Source: Bugula neritina
Lineage: Eukaryota; Animalia; Bryozoa
Reading direction: 5' to 3'
DNA length: 64,000 nucleotides
NCBI GenBank assembly: GCA_964035545.1
Contig: OZ037773.1
Span: forward strand, 3,811,751 to 3,875,750
Part shown: one piece after another, positions 54,157 through 64,000 of the stretch
How positions within the stretch are numbered: position 1 is the first letter of the stretch
Layout of the letters: every line of letters begins with the position of its first letter
Translations under genes and position numbers: made by a program
Notes under the pieces: model-generated
What the model was told of the DNA's origin: nothing
The model's database searches: none
What the model saw: only the letters and a program-made list of their open reading frames with translations

Positions 54157-57100
54157 TCAAATGTCACCCATGATGTCTAAAAATGGAACGTAGTCTTCGT
54201 CAACAGCACTAAATCCATAATCCACCAGTCCTAAGTATGCAATCTGCTTTTTGCTTTGCTGCTGTAGCCCGGACTACAATACAATGATTATGACTATGAC
54301 TATATGACTATATGACTATGACTATATGACTATGACTATGACTATGACTATGACTATAATCCTTTCTATGACCACAATTAGGATGATCATTATAATATGA
54401 CTGGCTATAATCAATTCCGCAATAATATATATTCTTTTTCAAATAATAACAATCTCTTCAGCTATAATCTTTCAAGGTGAACCTAATTAACATACATGTA
54501 ATAGACTAGAAGCTAAATAAACTATTGCATTTTGTATTAATCTTGTTTTGCTTTCAACATATTACAATTAATTTGGTTTGTTTCAGCAGTGACCAGTTAG
54601 AGTTAGTGTGAAAGTCACTACTGCAAGCAGGTTGTCATATCATGCCTCATTACTATTTCAACAACAAACCTATTGAATTATTTTATAATATTTAACAGAA
54701 ACTAGAATACTACAGAAGAAGCTATTCCATCGTAAAATGCGAGTATATATAATAGTCTATAGCAATGGGTCATAGTCCATAGGCACAGCAATGGTAACCA
54801 CATTAATGTGTTACTTCAATCAGCTCAATATAAAAATCTCAATGCTTATATTTTTGAGCTTACACAAACCGTGCAGGAATCTGTAAGTTTTTATAGCAAA
54901 ACAATTTTAAATAGTTTTTATGGATCATCTTGAATGCGTGTTTAAATTTGCTCTATATTTAAAATTGAAAGAAAAAGTCAAAAGTAAAAGAGATTGTCTT
55001 ACCCAAAAGTTGTGGTTGTGAACCCACATTTCAACAGTTTGATTCTGGGTTGGAACTATGGTGTTTAAGGTGAAGTTTGTCCACCAGCTGATCATCATTA
55101 ACAGTTCATCAACATTACCATTCTGTGCTCGTTGCATAAGCTGACATCCGACCTCGGAGAAGAACACTACCAACTGTACACACAACACCAATTTAATCAA
55201 TATGATACTTCGAGTTAGCTAACTATACAGAATGACAATTTAACCAATATATATTTGCTTCCAGTTTGTAGTTCGAATCCCGGTGGAGGCAATTATTTTA
55301 CAAGCTATTTTGGCTTTTAGTAAAGTGTAGTAGTACTCCGAGGGACTTGAGTGGCCAGGAGAGCCTGAAGACTGAAGGAATAGTAGAGAGGCCAGAGAAA
55401 TTCTTGAGAACTGGGTGGGATGCAGTGTTGAGTTAACCTAGCTGTCCTTGTGGTGTAATTGGTTAGCCTGCCTGCTTGCAAGCCCGTGGTCTGTGGTTTT
55501 AATCCAGGTGTGTGCAACTATTTCGCGCAGTTGGATCCAAACCTGAGACCTCCGGCTTGAAAACTGATATGCTAACCATTACTTCACAGGGTGTTCTCAA
55601 CATTAAACAATAGAAATAGACTTATAATCAAATAAAATTATATATGGAGCTGTTGGAAAATACTGTTTGGATGAAGGTATATTAACTCACGCCACTGAAG
55701 ACGCTCCACATCATTGGCCTCTGCTCGAGTACACCGGTAGTTACGAACCTAAAGTATTCTTTTAGGTATTCCTCGTTCATGCCCTGCACATGATCTTTAG
55801 CTATGAAAGTTTGGTCCCGATTAGTCATCTGTCTATCAGCTGTGAACATAATATATAGATACAGCATTGTATGGTAACACTTTATAAATTGTGGTTACAT
55901 AATAAATACAGTATTGTATAGCAACACCCCATACTCTGTGATTACATAATAGCTACAGTATTGAAAGATGACACTCCATACCATGCACTGTAGTTATATA
56001 GCAACAGTATTGTATCGTAATGCTCTATTCACTGAAGTTGTGTAGCTACAGTATTGAATAGTAACACTACACACACTAAAGTTATATTATTGAAAAGTAA
56101 CACTACATAATTTGTAGTTATATAGCTACTATTGGATAGTAACACTTTATACACTTTAGTTATATAGATAACTACAGTATTGAAAGGTAACACTGCAGGG
56201 ATAGAGTTATAGTGTAGAAGGTAATGCAAACAGAGTTGAAAATTATTATTTAATCTGCAAATTGCCATCAATTGAGGCATTTTATCAAAAATATCATACT
56301 TTGATAATTTAAAACTATAATAAAATACTTATTACAGCTATATAGTACAAAATTATAACTGTCTAAAACACACAACTTTTCTTCCATCACAAAATAATAT
56401 CCTGAGTCTTGTAAGCTTGAAAGCACTTTGTTTATGAAAGTTAACAAAACGTGCATATTTTAGAGTTTAATACTCACAATACGTAAAACTACACATAAAA
56501 TAATTCAATAAATCAAGACTGTTTTCATTTTTTCAATGATGTGCTGACATTTTAGGATACTGCTATGAAATAGCTGTCAGGGTCGATATTAATCTATCAG
56601 CTATCTATCTTTCAAATGTCTACATTGATGAAGGTGAACAGTTATTGCACAAGCATAAATTATTGTATTCATCATGTACGTCGCAATACAGTATCACATG
56701 ATGCACAAATTGCACACATTATATACAGGTGAAAAAAAATGCTCACCAATGTTGCTAATAGCAGCTACAATATGATCAAAGGCTGGGTTGAGGAGTTCAG
56801 CTTCAGTGATATTTAAAGCTGATGCTAAATGTGGCTCTATTTGAGCATAGGCATTGGCATAGATCATGTAGTTCATAGCTCTGCAATTACACATAAACTT
56901 TCAATCTATATATGCACACGGAAGCTGCAGAAATATACTTGCTACATATTATACGTATACACATTTCTTAGTCTATGCACACAGAAGCTGCGAAACCAAA
57001 TTTGTTTTACTAGCAATATTCACAGTGCTCACATTTTAAAGGTTATAGCTTATTTATTGTTTAGTAAACTGCTTTGACAACTCAAAACTGCCAAAAACTA

Positions 57101-57759
57101 TATTCTCGGGTGATTCAGTGTTTATTTCTTTGGTGTTGGAGTTGTCAATATTGCAAAAAGATGAAAAGTGGTGATGAATGAATAAGGTGAATTAACTATA
57201 TTATTACAAAAGTCTGCATCTAAAAAGGTAATAAAATGGTTTGTTAAAAAAAGAAGAATGAGTTATCCCAAATTTTAGATTTAGAATGCATGGTTAGGAA
57301 TAAAATGTCCATGTTTAGTTACAACCTAGTTCAACTTGTTGATATATTAAACTTTCTATATTTTGCTTTTAAATTGGCGTGGATTTCAATATGATATTTT
57401 TATATAAAAAATGGTGATTTAGCCACTAAATCTAATTGAAAAAATTATAATAACAAGTGAAAGTTTGTTTTAGCTTATAAATAAACTTCAAACATCAATT
57501 CGCATTAAGCTGATGAATCAAATAACTGTATTATTATATTTTTATATACGATTGTAACTTTCTTTAAAAAATTTAATTATAAGCTTGAGTGCACTAAACA
57601 GTCGTGCTAGTTGTAAAAAGGTTCTTAATGCATACTTTCAGATTACGGATCATAAATGTCATCACAAGTCTTAACTATTAAAACTTTAACAAACGTGTTT
57701 TAAGCAGCTTACCTTCTAATCATGAAAGCCAAGAGCACATCAGCTGAATTGGGAATCAT
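54157..57759 (-). CDS. Divergent Bcl-2-fold protein B (5 exons, ~205 aa, no TM anchor)
   Basis: Exons 57713-57759, 56747-56880, 55691-55839, 55003-55173, 54157-54273 are all phase-consistent. BH3-like 'AISNIADRQM', BH1-like 'VLEQRPMMWSVFSGLVVF', BH2-like 'EMWVHNHNFW|SGL'. Confidence 0.7.
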
Positions 57760-59013
57760 TTTGAATGCAAAATAGGATATCAAATCCTCTTCTTAAATAA
57801 AAGTATTTTATAGACTTGAAATACACTTTGCTTTCTTTTTTATTCTTTATTTTTAACAGTTCTTTGTGATGCGTAATAATATTTGAAATATATGTGAAAC
57901 CATAATTTCATGCAATCAATTTATGTTGTGTGAGTTTTGTTAAAATTGTGGGGTTTTTACATAAGCTGGAAAAGCTTTTCTCTAATACATGATAGCTTTT
58001 CACATATCATCTTAGCCATATCATGCTTTCCCATGCACTATTATTATAGCAAATACACAAAAGCTAACTTTTTTACTACTATAAAAACCCAGCAGTTTTT
58101 CACTTATCCAGACTTGCATCTCACACTTGTACTGGCAACTTATTACTCATGAGATAACCTTTATTTACTCTGCTATTTCTTTCAGTCTGCTATATAATAA
58201 ATATTTATTTCTCACACACTAAAACACAATGAAAATGGCATTTCTTCTACCCTTAGCATTTTTTATTTCTATCAGGAAATGATAGAAATGAGTATAGAAA
58301 AAGAACTTTGCTTAAAAATAATATAACCAATTTTTCAGCTATCATGATGCAATGCATTTTAACTCTTATATATGTTGCTCAAATGTAAAAATAAATAGAA
58401 TTGCACTTTAAATGTGTAGATGAGAATGCAATCCATTACAACTTTTTTTTTAAATATGCTTTGCACTTTTGGTATTTGTTTAAAGAAAAAAGTTAATGAT
58501 ATTTTCATCATACATGCTAAAATATTTTTGCTTTCAACATTTTAAAAATATATGATCTTGATGCTGCTTGGCTACAGCAAAATTTATAAATTTGGAGTCA
58601 ATTGGGATAATGCAGGTAAATCTGTATTATTTGTATCATATTTGTATTATTTAATGTTATAGCACACAAACTTGGTAATTTTTTCATAATATTTATTCTT
58701 AAAATTGTACAACTTTGAGATTATAGATAAACATATAGCAGGCACGAAAAGAAAATAAAGTTTATAATATGCAAGGGATGATAAGAATATTCAAAGAACT
58801 GACTAATGATTAAAGAAAGCTGTTTTCTGAATAAAATTTAGAAAAATTGACCACGTTTTAAAAATATAAGCACGTCAAAGTATGAGTTTCAGTTAGGCAT
58901 AATTCTTCGTAGTCAATAAAATAAAACACCGAGTTACACTAATATACAGTTGGAGATGGAAGAGTGAGTTGGTATCTCTAAACGGAGCTTTATGAATTAG
59001 AGCCAAACCAGCT

Positions 59014-63818
<4,805 letters not shown>

Positions 63819-64000
63819 GTTTCTTATGTTGCCTCACAATTGATGCTTTACTGAAAAAACTTTTGAACTAAATCCTTTTTAGCAAATGCAAAAAATTGAT
63901 TTGTCACTTTTTTTAAAACCCTTCAAATTGTTGAATTACAACGTGAAAAATATCTGTTCAAGCAATTTAAAAAGCATATATAAAATGAATTTTAAATGAA

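Overview
AT-rich, intron-containing invertebrate animal genomic DNA. From left to right: (1) the 5' part of a multi-exon bark-beetle-like SRCR gene (-), head-to-head with syntaxin-5 (+), with a perfect 201-bp palindrome between them. (2) Three tandem 3-exon ankyrin + cGAS-like/Mab-21 nucleotidyltransferase (cGLR) genes. (3) Between copies 1 and 2, a complete 15.4-kb Maverick/Polinton (adintovirus-type) endogenous virus at 19017-34398 with a 6-bp AATGTT TSD. It sits inside an older TIR element and carries a CACTA-like MITE in its major capsid gene. It has 102-bp hairpin ends, TAAATG at 15 of 16 gene starts and AAAATTGA upstream of the polymerase, which look like poxvirus/NCLDV-type cis signals and suggest a virophage-like lifestyle (inference). 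(4) A PDZ + C-terminal-TM gene (SYNJ2BP/OMP25-like). (5) Three tandem, highly divergent Bcl-2-fold genes (-) that the ORF track only shows as fragments. None has a TM anchor, and one is fused to a Pro/Ala linker and two copies of a Cys/His module. A Penelope-like element with hammerhead-type motifs lies in an intron of one of them. All family assignments come from motif recognition by eye; no database searches were run.
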